Positions 1 to 8,971 of a stretch of 64,000 nt of DNA are shown piece by piece; position 1 is the first letter of the stretch, and each line of letters starts with the position of its first letter. The notes beneath the pieces are model-generated. The model was not told the DNA's origin. It ran no database searches and saw only the letters and a list, made by a program, of their open reading frames with translations. Location of the stretch: assembly GCA_965248595.1 (NCBI GenBank), contig CBDFJM010000007.1:383133-447132 (forward strand), written 5' to 3'. The DNA comes from Dehalococcoidia bacterium (GTDB taxonomy: Bacteria; Chloroflexota; Dehalococcoidia; Lucifugimonadales; SHYF01). A program made the position numbers and the translations under genes.

Positions 1-373
1 CTTCAGGAACCGGAGTCTCCACTCCTGAGCCTGTAGGGCCAACAGGCTGGGTATCTTTCAGAAGGACACCGGTGCGGGCAACGGATGTCGCCGCCCGCTC
101 CTGCTGGGGAGGGGCTGAGGCCTCTTCCACCGCTTCCGCCGTGTCCATCTCAGCAATAGGAGCGCCCATGGCAACAGTATCGCCCTCCTTAACCAGCAGA
201 GCCGTCAGCTTGCCACTGTATGGGGAAGGGAGCTCCATGTTCACCTTGTCGGTGGTTACCTCCACCAGGGGTTCATACCTCTCGACCTCGTCGCCGACAT
301 TCTTGAGCCACTTGCCAATAATGCCTTCGGTAACCGACTCACCAACTTGGGGAAGGTTGATCTTCACAGACAT
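1..373 (-). CDS. 2-oxoacid dehydrogenase E2 (dihydrolipoamide acyltransferase), 5' part only; continues beyond window start
   Basis: Absent from ORF track because there is no stop in the window. The reverse-strand ATG (plus 371-373 'cat') reads MSVKINLPQVGESVTEGIIGKWLKNVGDEVERYEPLVEVTTDKVNMELPSPYSGKL..., a lipoyl domain with the T-D-K lipoyl-lysine motif. It lies directly downstream of E1 alpha/beta on the same strand. Confidence 0.8.
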   Translation of the reverse strand, partial: MSVKINLPQVGESVTEGIIGKWLKNVGDEVERYEPLVEVTTDKVNMELPSPYSGKLTALLVKEGDTVAMGAPIAEMDTAEAVEEASAPPQQERAATSVARTGVLLKDTQPVGPTGSGVETPVPE

Positions 374-450
374 ATTCTCGGCACCACTCCTTTGGGAGTT
401 CTCCCCGCGCAAGTAATAGACGACCCCAACGCTGTCTTAGTGGCCTGCCG

Positions 451-1434
451 TCAATACCCAGCCACCCGGCGCAACCCGGCAGCAATTTTCTCGGGATTGG
501 GCATGAAAAAGTCCTCCAGCGGCGGGCTGAAGGGCATGGAGGGCACATCGGGCCCGGTCACGCGAGTGATGGGCGCATCCAAGTAGCCAAAGCCCTCTTC
601 AGCAATGATTGCTGATACCTCGGCGCCCATGCCGCCAGTCCTGTTGTCCTCGTGAACAATCAAGACCCGGGCGGTCTTGCGTACGGATTCTAGGATGGCC
701 TCCTTGTCCAGCGGTCGCACGGTTCTCAGGTCCAGCACCTCGACGTTGATACCCTCCTGAGCCATGGTTTCTGCCGCCTCCAGACAGTAGTGCACCATCA
801 ATCCATAGGAAATGCATGTGATGTCAGACCCTTGCCGTTTGATGTCGGCCACGCCAATAGGCAGGACATACTCTTCATCCGGGACCTCGCCCCTGACCAG
901 CCGGTACGTCCGCTTGTGTTCGAAGAATACCACCGGGTCCTCGTCACGGATGGCAGCCTTCAAGAGACCCTTGGCGTCATATGGGGTAGATGGACATACA
1001 ACCTTCAAACCAGGCGTATGGGCGAAGTAGGCTTCCGGACTCTGCGAATGGAATAGTCCTCCTCGAACTCCACCGCCGTAAGGGCAACGCACCACCATGG
1101 GAACATGCAGCACGCTTTTGGTACCATAGCGCACCCTGGCGGCTTCGCCAATGATCTGGTTAACGGCGGGCCAGATGAAATCTGCGAACTGGATCTCTGC
1201 GATGGGACGCCTTCCCTGCATGGCTGCGCCCAGGGCTATGCCCGCAATAGAAGATTCAGCAAGAGGCGTATCTATGACCCGATCCTCGCCAAACTCCTCT
1301 ATGAGCCCCCTGGTAGCCAGGAACACACCGCCTCTCTTTCCAACGTCTTCCCCCATAATGAAGACGTTGGGGTCCCTCTTCATCTCTTCGTAAATGGCCT
1401 CGCGGACGGCGTCTATAACGGATTTCACTGGCAT
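451..1434 (-). CDS. 2-oxoacid (pyruvate/branched-chain) dehydrogenase E1 component, beta subunit
   Basis: 327-aa ORF. The N-terminus ..AIYEEMKRDPNVFIMGEDVG.. and the overall transketolase-like layout are typical of E1 beta. It starts 45 nt after E1 alpha. Confidence 0.9.
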   Translation of the reverse strand: MPVKSVIDAVREAIYEEMKRDPNVFIMGEDVGKRGGVFLATRGLIEEFGEDRVIDTPLAESSIAGIALGAAMQGRRPIAEIQFADFIWPAVNQIIGEAARVRYGTKSVLHVPMVVRCPYGGGVRGGLFHSQSPEAYFAHTPGLKVVCPSTPYDAKGLLKAAIRDEDPVVFFEHKRTYRLVRGEVPDEEYVLPIGVADIKRQGSDITCISYGLMVHYCLEAAETMAQEGINVEVLDLRTVRPLDKEAILESVRKTARVLIVHEDNRTGGMGAEVSAIIAEEGFGYLDAPITRVTGPDVPSMPFSPPLEDFFMPNPEKIAAGLRRVAGY

Positions 1435-1478
1435 ATGTGGAACTCCTCAAGCCAGAGTACGCTTAACCCTGGGGGATC

Positions 1479-2525
1479 TTATTCCGAAGCATACACGTGT
1501 TCGTAGAAGTCGCCCGTATCTGGAAATGGGGCAACTTCCGCTTCGTCTGTGGCCCTGTCCACGTGTTCTCTGGCCTCCTTGTGGGCCTGTTCGTCTAGTT
1601 CTGTCGTCAAAACACCCTGCTCCAGCAGGTATTCCTTGAACTTCTTGACAGGGTCTCGCGTCTTCATTTCCTCCAACTCTTCGGCTGTGCGGTACCGTCT
1701 ATCGTCGTCATCGCTGGTATGAGGGAGAAGGCGCACCACCTTGGCTTCAACGAAGGTTGGGCCTCCACCCTCTACGGCCCTGCGAACAGCCTCCCCAACC
1801 ACCTCGTACACAGCCATTACGTCAGTCCCATCCACCACCACCCCGGGCATGCCGTAACCTGCTGCCCGGTCGGCTACGTTGTCAATGGCCATCTGCCTAC
1901 TCTGAGGCACAGAGATAGCAAACCCGTTATTTTCACATATGAAAACAACGGGCAGTTTGTGGACTGCCGCATAGTTCATCCCTTCGTGCCAGTCCCCCGC
2001 GCTGGTAGCACCGTCCCCAAAGGAGGTAATGGTGACCGTAGGATCGCCGCTCATTCTGCACCCCAGAGCATAGCCAACGGCGTGAGGGATTTGAGTGGCA
2101 ACCACGTTAGAAATGTTGATGACCTTCAACTTAGGAGTTAGGCGCGCCCCGTGGAGCGGGAACTGTCGCGACCCGCTGATAAGATCTCCGTCCTTGGCCA
2201 GAATACTCAACAACGCTTCAGTCGGCGTTACTCCTGCAGCTATGGCCACGGCCAGGCCACGATAGAAGGGAAAGATCGCGAGGCTGGGCGAATAGTGTAC
2301 GGCGGCCCAAACGGCGCCCATCTGCGTAGCCTCGTGTCCCTGGGAGGAGGCAATTATAGCCGCCTTGCCGAGCCGGTTCAGAAGCACGGTGCGCTCATCC
2401 AGAGTGCGCACCAAAACCATGCTGTAGTACCACCGCAAGAGGGCGTCAGGAGTCAACGCCTCGGCCCCCGTATGTTCTGTCGCTTTGCGGGTTTGCGTAG
2501 CTGTCGTATTCCTGGAACGCGCCAT
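1479..2525 (-). CDS. 2-oxoacid dehydrogenase E1 component, alpha subunit (TPP-dependent)
   Basis: 348-aa ORF with the TPP-binding region ..FGDGATSAGDWHEGMNYAAVHKLPVVFICENNGFAIS.. It is the first gene of the E1a-E1b-E2 operon. Confidence 0.9.
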   Translation of the reverse strand: MARSRNTTATQTRKATEHTGAEALTPDALLRWYYSMVLVRTLDERTVLLNRLGKAAIIASSQGHEATQMGAVWAAVHYSPSLAIFPFYRGLAVAIAAGVTPTEALLSILAKDGDLISGSRQFPLHGARLTPKLKVINISNVVATQIPHAVGYALGCRMSGDPTVTITSFGDGATSAGDWHEGMNYAAVHKLPVVFICENNGFAISVPQSRQMAIDNVADRAAGYGMPGVVVDGTDVMAVYEVVGEAVRRAVEGGGPTFVEAKVVRLLPHTSDDDDRRYRTAEELEEMKTRDPVKKFKEYLLEQGVLTTELDEQAHKEAREHVDRATDEAEVAPFPDTGDFYEHVYASE

Positions 2526-2718
2526 GGCAGCACTCCCTCGTGAGACGGCTGATAGAATAAAGACTCTGCATTATACGACGGTCTGCAATCTATGCCAAGG
2601 CCACCGACGGCAAGGTTTGTCGCTTTTGCAGGGTGTCCAGTCGCAAGACTAATGGTCATTTAGCAAACATACCAACATAGTTTCCAGTGCTCTGCCACCG
2701 CTCGTATCCTTTGACAAA

Positions 2719-2873
2719 CCCGACTCTGTCGAGCGCCGATTCTATCGAGCGTCTCCGACAGAGTCGAGAGCCTCGATATGTCGGGCCTCGACCACGTCGG
2801 GAACTCTCGACGCCGACCCTGTCGAGCATACTCGATTTCATCGGGACCTTCGGTCGGAGCTCAGGACGAGCGG
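2719..2873. repeat. Intergenic repeat, family A (TCGA-core degenerate short units, hairpin-forming)
   Basis: A string of units such as gactctgtcgagc / gattctatcgagc / ctccgacagagtcgag / ctcgatatgtcggg / ctcgatttcatcgggaccttcgg. It shares the 12-mer cgactctgtcga and the atcgg(g)accttcg block with the copy at 12300-12355, and resembles 11020-11095. Confidence 0.5.
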
Positions 2874-3169
2874 TTATGTATCCAACCCCCTCAACTTAAA
2901 TCGGGGGGTTGGAAGTCCACATTCATGGCTAGCACCGACTCTGCGGAGAGTGCTGAAGGCCTATGGCAATAGGACTTCCCCCATCAAATGGGAATGGATT
3001 CCCTCATCTCCCCATAGACGGCGGAGAGTTGGAGAGGGGGGTGAAGCAAGCGCCGCTTCAGTTGGTTTATGAGGACATGTTGGAGGTTAGCTAAACCTTA
3101 ACCTGGCACTCCAATGCCAGGACAAGCCGATCCTACTCCATAGCAGACAGAAACGGGGCCTCATACCTG

Positions 3170-3198
3170 TTGACGTCCACTTGCATCGTGAATATAAT
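3170..3198 (+). promoter_or_regulatory. Sigma70-type promoter for the two mini-genes
   Basis: TTGACG (3170-3175), a 17-nt spacer, then TATAAT (3193-3198). It lies about 35 nt upstream of the first mini-ORF. Confidence 0.5.
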
Positions 3199-3232
3199 CA
3201 CATCTAAAGAATTCTTATGCGGGGATAGAAAT

Positions 3233-3349
3233 TTGGCCAACGAGACTGGAAAGCGGTATTATTGCGGCACATGCGGCGCGGAGTTCATCGTTACCAAGGG
3301 GGGCGAGGGGACAATCGGCTGCCACGGGCAACCCCTCCTCAAGAAATAG
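3233..3349 (+). CDS. Desulforedoxin-like mini-protein (38 aa), CxxC-x15-CH
   Basis: Below the ORF-track cutoff. TTG start gives (M)ANETGKRYYCGTCGAEFIVTKGGEGTIGCHGQPLLKK. The Cys spacing matches desulforedoxin (..[27 protein letters not shown]..), with the second Cys of the CC pair replaced by His. A consensus promoter lies upstream. Confidence 0.5.
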   Translation: MANETGKRYYCGTCGAEFIVTKGGEGTIGCHGQPLLKK

Positions 3350-3404
3350 CCCCTTCTCCATCGATCCCTAAGCTATTCACGGGACCGGCACGGGAGGCAG
3401 GTTC

Positions 3405-3548
3405 ATGGCAAACCAGCTAGGAAAGCGGTATCAATGTCCGGACTGTGGCACTGTAGTCCTCTGCACAAAGGCGGGCCAAGGCTCGGTTCAGTGCCATGAG
3501 AAGGACATGGATCTCCAACAGGCGCGGACGCTCCCTTCCTCCGACTGA
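3405..3548 (+). CDS. Desulforedoxin-like mini-protein (47 aa), CxxC-x15-CH, paralog of 3233-3349
   Basis: Below the ORF-track cutoff. ATG is preceded by GGGAGG. Reads MANQLGKRYQCPDCGTVVLCTKAGQGSVQCHEKDMDLQQARTLPSSD, with the same G-K-R-Y-x-C-x-x-C ... C-H layout as the upstream gene. Confidence 0.6.
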   Translation: MANQLGKRYQCPDCGTVVLCTKAGQGSVQCHEKDMDLQQARTLPSSD

Positions 3549-3587
3549 CGCCATTGGCCAAAGTGAACTGGCTGGCTATCTGTAGCG

Positions 3588-3659
3588 GACCCGGGGCTCA
3601 GGGGCGTGGTTCTATTTCCCGTTGAAACCTTGAAAGCAGCGCGCCCCGGGTCTTTTGTT
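3588..3659 (+). terminator. Possible terminator after the mini-gene pair
   Basis: A 10-bp inverted repeat, gacccggggc (3588-3597) and gccccgggtc (3643-3652), is followed by ttttgtt. The loop is long (about 45 nt), so this call is weak. Confidence 0.3.
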
Positions 3660-3694
3660 GCCGCCCCCGGTTTACCCTAGCCCATGCCACCTGC

Positions 3695-4345
3695 TCAGGA
3701 AAGCTTCCTGATCACCATTACTACCTTGCCCTGTATCTCCACGTCCGATGGGGCAACAAAAATCGGCTTCATCTGGCTGTTTGCGGGCTGCAAGCGCACA
3801 CGATGGCCTTCGTGGAATAGCTTCTTCAAGGTGGCCTCTTTGTCCTTCTTCAGCCAGGCCACCACCATGTCCCCGTTGCGCACCGAGGCCGCGGGTTTGA
3901 CTACCACCACATCGCCATCATCAATGAGGGCGTCTATCATCGATGTACCACGCACGCCCAAAGCGTACATGCTTACCTCTCCCTTCAGCAGGTCGCTAGG
4001 AAGTTCCAGCATCTCCAGGGGCTCGCTCTGCCCCCCGTCCTCCGAAGATAGAACAGGCAGGGGCTGGCCTGCAGCAATGTAACCCAGCATAGGAATGGCA
4101 ACGGTGTTGGTGCGACGCTTGGAACCGTTCAGGATTTCAATCCCTCTGGAAATCTCGGGCGACCGGCGAAGGTAGCCCTCTCTTTGCAGGATGTTCAGAT
4201 TGTAGTCCACGACGGAGGTGGAACTGATACTACACGCCTGCTGGATATCCCTGACCGTTGGCGGATACCCATGCTCATCGACGAAACCGCCTGTGAACTG
4301 AAGTATGTCCTCTTGTCTTGGCGAAAGCTTCTTCAATGCCGTCAC
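3695..4345 (-). CDS. lexA: LexA repressor (S24 peptidase)
   Basis: 216-aa ORF with a GTG start. It has an N-terminal winged HTH (..GYPPTVRDIQQA..), an A-G cleavage region (YIAAGQP), the Ser motif VRGTSM and a downstream Lys (..AWLKKDKEATLKK..). Confidence 0.9.
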   Translation of the reverse strand: MTALKKLSPRQEDILQFTGGFVDEHGYPPTVRDIQQACSISSTSVVDYNLNILQREGYLRRSPEISRGIEILNGSKRRTNTVAIPMLGYIAAGQPLPVLSSEDGGQSEPLEMLELPSDLLKGEVSMYALGVRGTSMIDALIDDGDVVVVKPAASVRNGDMVVAWLKKDKEATLKKLFHEGHRVRLQPANSQMKPIFVAPSDVEIQGKVVMVIRKLS

Positions 4346-4372
4346 CCCCTGTTCCGAAGGGTGTTATCATAT

Positions 4373-4386
4373 AGGACGCATGTTCT
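4373..4386 (-). promoter_or_regulatory. Candidate SOS (LexA) box in the lexA promoter
   Basis: The reverse strand reads AGAACATGCGTCCT, which is GAAC-N4-GTCC, one mismatch from the Gram-positive-type GAAC-N4-GTTC. It is embedded in a possible TTGTCC-16 nt-TATGAT promoter about 30 nt upstream of the lexA GTG. Confidence 0.35.
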
Positions 4387-4562
4387 GGGACAACCAGCAC
4401 AAGATAGCACACCTAAATGCCCGTGTCAATGAAAAAAACATGAGAAATCGGTGGCCTGGAACCATTGCTTTATCTTTGCCGTGGAAGCATCCACGATGAG
4501 CCAGACACGACTTGCCCCGGGCCCCAGTTCCATCCGAATGCCTGGGTGACTGCCAGCCTCGC

Positions 4563-4817
4563 TTACTTGTCACCTGCCCGTAAACTTCTGGCCAAACGGG
4601 ACTTCCTCCGGGAAGCGGTGTTCTTGTGGATAACTCCCCCATTGGCCGCCCGGTCCAAAGCCGAAGCAGCCCGTTGCAAAGCAGCCACACCTTGCTCTCG
4701 GTCGCCGGCAGCAATGGTGCGGCGAGTTGCAGCCACAACAGTGTTGGTGGCACTCTTGGCTTGCCGATTATACCTGGCCTTTTTCAAGGTAACTCGCGCC
4801 GATTTCTCACTGGGCAT
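4563..4817 (-). CDS. rpsT: 30S ribosomal protein S20
   Basis: 84-aa basic ORF MPSEKSARVTLKKARYNRQAKSA..IHKNTASRRKSRLARSL.., typical of S20. Confidence 0.9.
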   Translation of the reverse strand: MPSEKSARVTLKKARYNRQAKSATNTVVAATRRTIAAGDREQGVAALQRAASALDRAANGGVIHKNTASRRKSRLARSLRAGDK

Positions 4818-4863
4818 CTTGAGCTCTCCTTCTTATAGTCCGAACAGTTCTAGTCTAGGTAAA

Positions 4864-7068
4864 TCAGGTATACTCACCCACCTGCACAGGTGAGGTGGCC
4901 TGAGCAACGGTGGCGCGGGATACGTTGTTGACTCCTTGCACACCTTCCAGCTTGGTGAACAGGCGGCTAAGCTGGTCCACTCCCGTGATAAATAGGGTTA
5001 GCTGAATTGTAGCGGTGCCATCGGCGTTCTCCCTGGTCACCATAGCCGCAATGTTGACCTTCTCCGCGGACACCTGGGTTGTAATGTCACGCAAGAGCCC
5101 TACCCTGTCCCACGCATCTATGGATAGCCGCACAGGATGGAGGTTCTTGGTAACACCCCAGTTCACGCCAATCAGCCGCTCTGCTTCGTCCTCATTGAGA
5201 ATATTGCTACATCCATTGCGGTGTATTGTGATCCCCCGGTTCCTGGTAATGAATCCTAGGATTTCGTCTCCAGGCAGAGGCGAGCAACAGGAGGCCAGGT
5301 GTGTTAGGAGGTCGCCCACGCCCAGCACTTCCACACCGGATGCCGCCGCGGGCACTGGGGCGAATTGCTCCTGGGCGATCTGCTCCTCCGGCTGCTGGGG
5401 CGCCAGGCGTGCCGCCACCTGGTTTACGGTGATGCCGCCGTTGCCCAAGGCAGCCAGGAAGTCATCCATGGAATCCATCTTGAAAAGCCGCATCAACTCT
5501 TCATTGGAAGGGTTCATGCCAAGGTGCCGCATCTCGCGCGCCAAAAGCTCATGGCCGCGCTGGATGTTGGCGCTCCGCTCCTGCCGTCGAAACCAGGCAC
5601 GGATACGCTGTTTGGCAGTGGCGCTTCTTATGTAACCGGCGTTAGGGTTTAGCCAGTCCAAGCTGGGCCCTCGCGCCACCTTGCTAGCGAGTATCTCTAT
5701 GGTATCCCCGTTTTGAAGCTCGTAGTCCAGGGCCATGAGCTTGCCGTTGACCTTCGCCCCAATGCATCTGTGTCCCAGATCGGTATGGACGTGGTAGGCG
5801 AAATCAATGGGAGTGGATCCGGCGGGCAGCTCTTTTATATCCCCTCTGGGGGTGTAGACAAACACCTGGTCGGGGAATATGTCTGTCTTGACGTTCTCCA
5901 GAAACTCCTCAGCACCGCTGACATCCCTTTGCCACTCCAGGAGTTGGCGGAGCCAAGTCATCTTCTGCTCAAACGGTGTATCAGGAGAGTTCCCTTCCTT
6001 GTAGCGCCAATGGGCTGCAACGCCGTACTCCGAGACCTGGTGCATGGCATCGGTCTTGATCTGAACCTCCACAGGCACTCCTTCAGGACCCATGACAGTG
6101 GTGTGCAGCGCCTGGTAAAGATTATCTTTGGGTTTGCCTATATAGTCATCAAACAGGCCGGGGATGGGAGGCCATAGGGCATGTACCACTCCAAGAGCCG
6201 CATAGCACTTCTGCTTCCCCTGTACAAGAATGCGCAGGGCGAAAAGGTCACGTATCTCGTTGAAATCCTTGCCCTGGGCTGCGTAGGCCTGCATCTTCAT
6301 ATGAATGCTGTAGATATTCTTGGCCCTGCCAGTCACCTGGGCCTCAATGGATGCCTCCTGGAGTGCCTGGGCGAGGATATCCGCCACGCGGGTGATGTGC
6401 TCCTCTCGCTCCTCTCTGCCGCTGGCTAGCAGCCTTGATATCTGCTTGTACCTGTCCTGCTCAAGATACCCAAAGGCCATGTCCTCCAGCCGCCACTTGA
6501 TATCCCACATGCCCAGGCGATGGGCCAGGGGAGCATAGATGTCCAGCGTCTCCTGAGCTATAGCAATGCGCCGCTCAGGGGGATGAGCCCTAAGGGTGCG
6601 CATGTTGTGCAGACGGTCGGCCAGTTTGATGAGCACCACTCTTAGATCGCGGGCCATGGCTACCAGCATCTTGCGCAAGTTGGCCGCCTGGCCATGGTCC
6701 TCATCGGGGGTGCGTTCCCTTTCATCACCCTCGGTGCTAACGCGATCCAGGCGGCTCAGTTTTGTCACGCCGTCCACCAGGCGCGCCACCTCGTTGCCGA
6801 ACTCGTCATCCAGCTGGTCCTGGGTTATGCCGCAGTCCTCCATAACATCGTGGAGCAGCGCAGCAGCCAGGGTAGTAGCGTCCAGGTGCAGGTCCGCCAG
6901 GTAGAGGGCCGTCTCCACGGGATGCCGGATGAACGGCTCCCCGGAGAGCCTCACCTGGCCATCGTGGGCCCGAGCAGCATAGTCGTAGGCTTTCTGAACG
7001 AAAGCGACTCTGTCGTCCGGCAAATAGCTTTCAATCCTGGCTATGAGGTCGCGCACAACACCCACCAT
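4864..7068 (-). CDS. rel: Bifunctional (p)ppGpp synthetase/hydrolase (RelA/SpoT homolog)
   Basis: 734-aa ORF with an HD hydrolase region (..LLHDVMEDC..), a RelA_SpoT synthetase region, a TGS region (..VFVYTPRGDIKELPAGSTPIDFAY..) and a C-terminal ACT-like domain. Confidence 0.9.
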   Translation of the reverse strand: MVGVVRDLIARIESYLPDDRVAFVQKAYDYAARAHDGQVRLSGEPFIRHPVETALYLADLHLDATTLAAALLHDVMEDCGITQDQLDDEFGNEVARLVDGVTKLSRLDRVSTEGDERERTPDEDHGQAANLRKMLVAMARDLRVVLIKLADRLHNMRTLRAHPPERRIAIAQETLDIYAPLAHRLGMWDIKWRLEDMAFGYLEQDRYKQISRLLASGREEREEHITRVADILAQALQEASIEAQVTGRAKNIYSIHMKMQAYAAQGKDFNEIRDLFALRILVQGKQKCYAALGVVHALWPPIPGLFDDYIGKPKDNLYQALHTTVMGPEGVPVEVQIKTDAMHQVSEYGVAAHWRYKEGNSPDTPFEQKMTWLRQLLEWQRDVSGAEEFLENVKTDIFPDQVFVYTPRGDIKELPAGSTPIDFAYHVHTDLGHRCIGAKVNGKLMALDYELQNGDTIEILASKVARGPSLDWLNPNAGYIRSATAKQRIRAWFRRQERSANIQRGHELLAREMRHLGMNPSNEELMRLFKMDSMDDFLAALGNGGITVNQVAARLAPQQPEEQIAQEQFAPVPAAASGVEVLGVGDLLTHLASCCSPLPGDEILGFITRNRGITIHRNGCSNILNEDEAERLIGVNWGVTKNLHPVRLSIDAWDRVGLLRDITTQVSAEKVNIAAMVTRENADGTATIQLTLFITGVDQLSRLFTKLEGVQGVNNVSRATVAQATSPVQVGEYT

Positions 7069-7360
7069 TGACGGGTCAACCCAACCCTATTGTAGCAGCA
7101 AGTATACTGCATCCCAGCCTGGAACTTCAAAGGCTGCCTCACAAACGCGGGTGGGAGGGAACGACTGACGATAAATGGGGACACCGCTCATCCTGGGCGA
7201 ACATGAGATGGCACAAGGAACAACGGTGGTCCCGAATATGGGCGCCGAAGTCCAGGAAGATGTCCACGCGGCGGTAGTGCTGAGCTATTTCCAGGCGGCA
7301 CCCTCCCGATAGTGAACCATCCGGGAAGGTTGCTCGCGCTCCTCGGGTAAGTCTAGCCTG

Positions 7361-8590
7361 CTAGGGAAAGGTCAAGTCCGGAAATACGAAATTTCCCTTA
7401 AAGAACTTCGACGTCTCGTTGGCTTTCACGCCTTCAATGTAAAACTCAACGGTTGCGCCCTGGTACAGGTCAGCGGCGGGCACCGTTATTTCCAGGAAAT
7501 AGGTGCCGTCCGCTTTCACCTGGTCGCCCTTGGTGGAAGCCCATACGTCCCCAGAAGCGCCACCCAATATTCGAGCATAGAGGCGCGTCCCTACAGGAGG
7601 CGCTTGTCCGCCGATCGTAATAGTGCCCAGGAAAGTAATAAACGACGGCTGGTACGCCGGATTAGGCGTGGGCGTAGGCCTCGCCATTTCCACCACTCCC
7701 TGTCTTAGCAGAGGAAGAACCTCAAGGATAGAATCGGCGCTGAGGAGATAGACAACGTTAGAGGTTACGGAAATGCCCAGGCTCTGCACAAACAAGGGCT
7801 CCATGCCAATGCCCAGCGCTTGACCATCCCTGTTGATCGCAGGTCCACCAGTGTTCCCGGACCGATGCGGAACATCCAGACGAAAGAACTGCAGTCCTGT
7901 ATTCAAGTCCTGCTGTAGGTCGCCAACTTGAGCTGGCACTGTCAACAGTTTGCTACCTGAGGACAGAGGGTACCCAGCAGAGAGCAGTTCGCTCCCCGTA
8001 TCCAGTGCAATGGAATCTCCCCATGAGATGCCTGGCAAGGTAGCGCCCACGACCTTGACCAGAGCCAGGTTCTTGGTGTCGTCCCGCCCTATGATCCATC
8101 CGTTGTAAGTTTGGCCTGCACCCGTTTGGATGGTCACCAGTGGCCCAGGGCCCAAATTCTTGCTGGCCGTTATGACATGGGAGGCAGGGTCTTTCAACAC
8201 CATGCCAGATATCCGGTTAGTGCCAGAAATCACCATTACCACCGACTCCTGAATCAGAGGAACAACAGATTCAAGCAGCGGTGTAGGCGTAAACGTGGCC
8301 GTCGCCGTAGGCGTAGGGGTAGCTGTGGCCGTTGGAGTTGCAGTTGGGGTAGAAGTAGCCGTGGGTGTAGGCGTTGGAATAGGAGAGGCTGCAGGACTTG
8401 GAGAGGCAGATGTGGGAGTAATGCCTTGTGTGGCTATAGCTGTAGCAGTCTCGGCCGCACCCGGGACTGTGGTGGCAGTGGCAACTACAGCTGTAGCGGT
8501 CGCGTCAATCTCGCTTTGAGTACAAGCCGCCAATAAAAATAGTACTGCGATCATTCCGGTCGCGAGAATGAACTTCCTCATTTTCCGCAT
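7361..8590 (-). CDS. Secreted lipoprotein with PT-rich linker, trypsin/HtrA-like fold (triad apparently degenerate) and a C-terminal beta-sandwich module
   Basis: 409-aa ORF. It has a lipobox-like signal (..VLFLLAAC), then a (T/P/A)-rich linker. The HtrA-like core has GNTGGP where GNSGGP is expected and NLALVKV where DLALLKV is expected. Confidence 0.7.
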   Translation of the reverse strand: MRKMRKFILATGMIAVLFLLAACTQSEIDATATAVVATATTVPGAAETATAIATQGITPTSASPSPAASPIPTPTPTATSTPTATPTATATPTPTATATFTPTPLLESVVPLIQESVVMVISGTNRISGMVLKDPASHVITASKNLGPGPLVTIQTGAGQTYNGWIIGRDDTKNLALVKVVGATLPGISWGDSIALDTGSELLSAGYPLSSGSKLLTVPAQVGDLQQDLNTGLQFFRLDVPHRSGNTGGPAINRDGQALGIGMEPLFVQSLGISVTSNVVYLLSADSILEVLPLLRQGVVEMARPTPTPNPAYQPSFITFLGTITIGGQAPPVGTRLYARILGGASGDVWASTKGDQVKADGTYFLEITVPAADLYQGATVEFYIEGVKANETSKFFKGNFVFPDLTFP

Positions 8591-8971
8591 CAGACCTCCG
8601 AAACGGCGAATTATAATCGTCTATAAGCGCACTGATTGATTCTAGAGCTACCCAGGCCAATTTGCAAGCTGATTCTGCCCGTTTAGGGGTGTTATCTAGA
8701 CCACCGAGTAATGGCCCTCAACTAAACAAGGTTCGTATCGTATAATGTACTGTCCAACCGCACTTTCTCCCGACAAGCTATCCAGTTTAGCGCCCTAAGT
8801 CGGGGGTCAAATGGACCAGAAACTGGCCCTTCAACACCATGGCATAACACCGCCATGTATAAGCAATCGGAACCCGCAACCCAGCGTTTCTTGCTACAGC
8901 TTGGGAGCGCGGGTACAATTAGCGTACCCCCGACTGCGGGGCGTTTTTCTGCCCTGGTTAGGAACAATACC

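Noticed and set aside
72-416. 114-aa plus-strand ORF at the window start
   Set aside because: The opposite strand encodes an unmistakable lipoyl domain (E2), which fits the operon. The plus-strand ORF is its shadow.
1-2525. Whether the two E1alpha/E1beta/E2 sets (1-2525 and 46759-50386) are a segmental duplication
   Set aside because: The protein sequences are clearly divergent paralogs, as shown by MPVKSVIDAVREAIYEEMKRDPNVF versus MAEVTYAEALNQAIE(E)EMRRDPSIF. There is no DNA-level repeat; these are two different complexes.
2656-2972. Three overlapping 61-70-aa ORFs
   Set aside because: They are composed of the family A repeat read in different frames and are mutually exclusive and low-complexity.
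8290-8410. CRISPR-like or tandem-array periodicity here and at 39770-39990
   Set aside because: The periodicity is 6-12 nt codon-level Thr/Pro/Ala repetition inside long ORFs. There is no repeat-spacer organisation of 25-40 nt and no cas genes.
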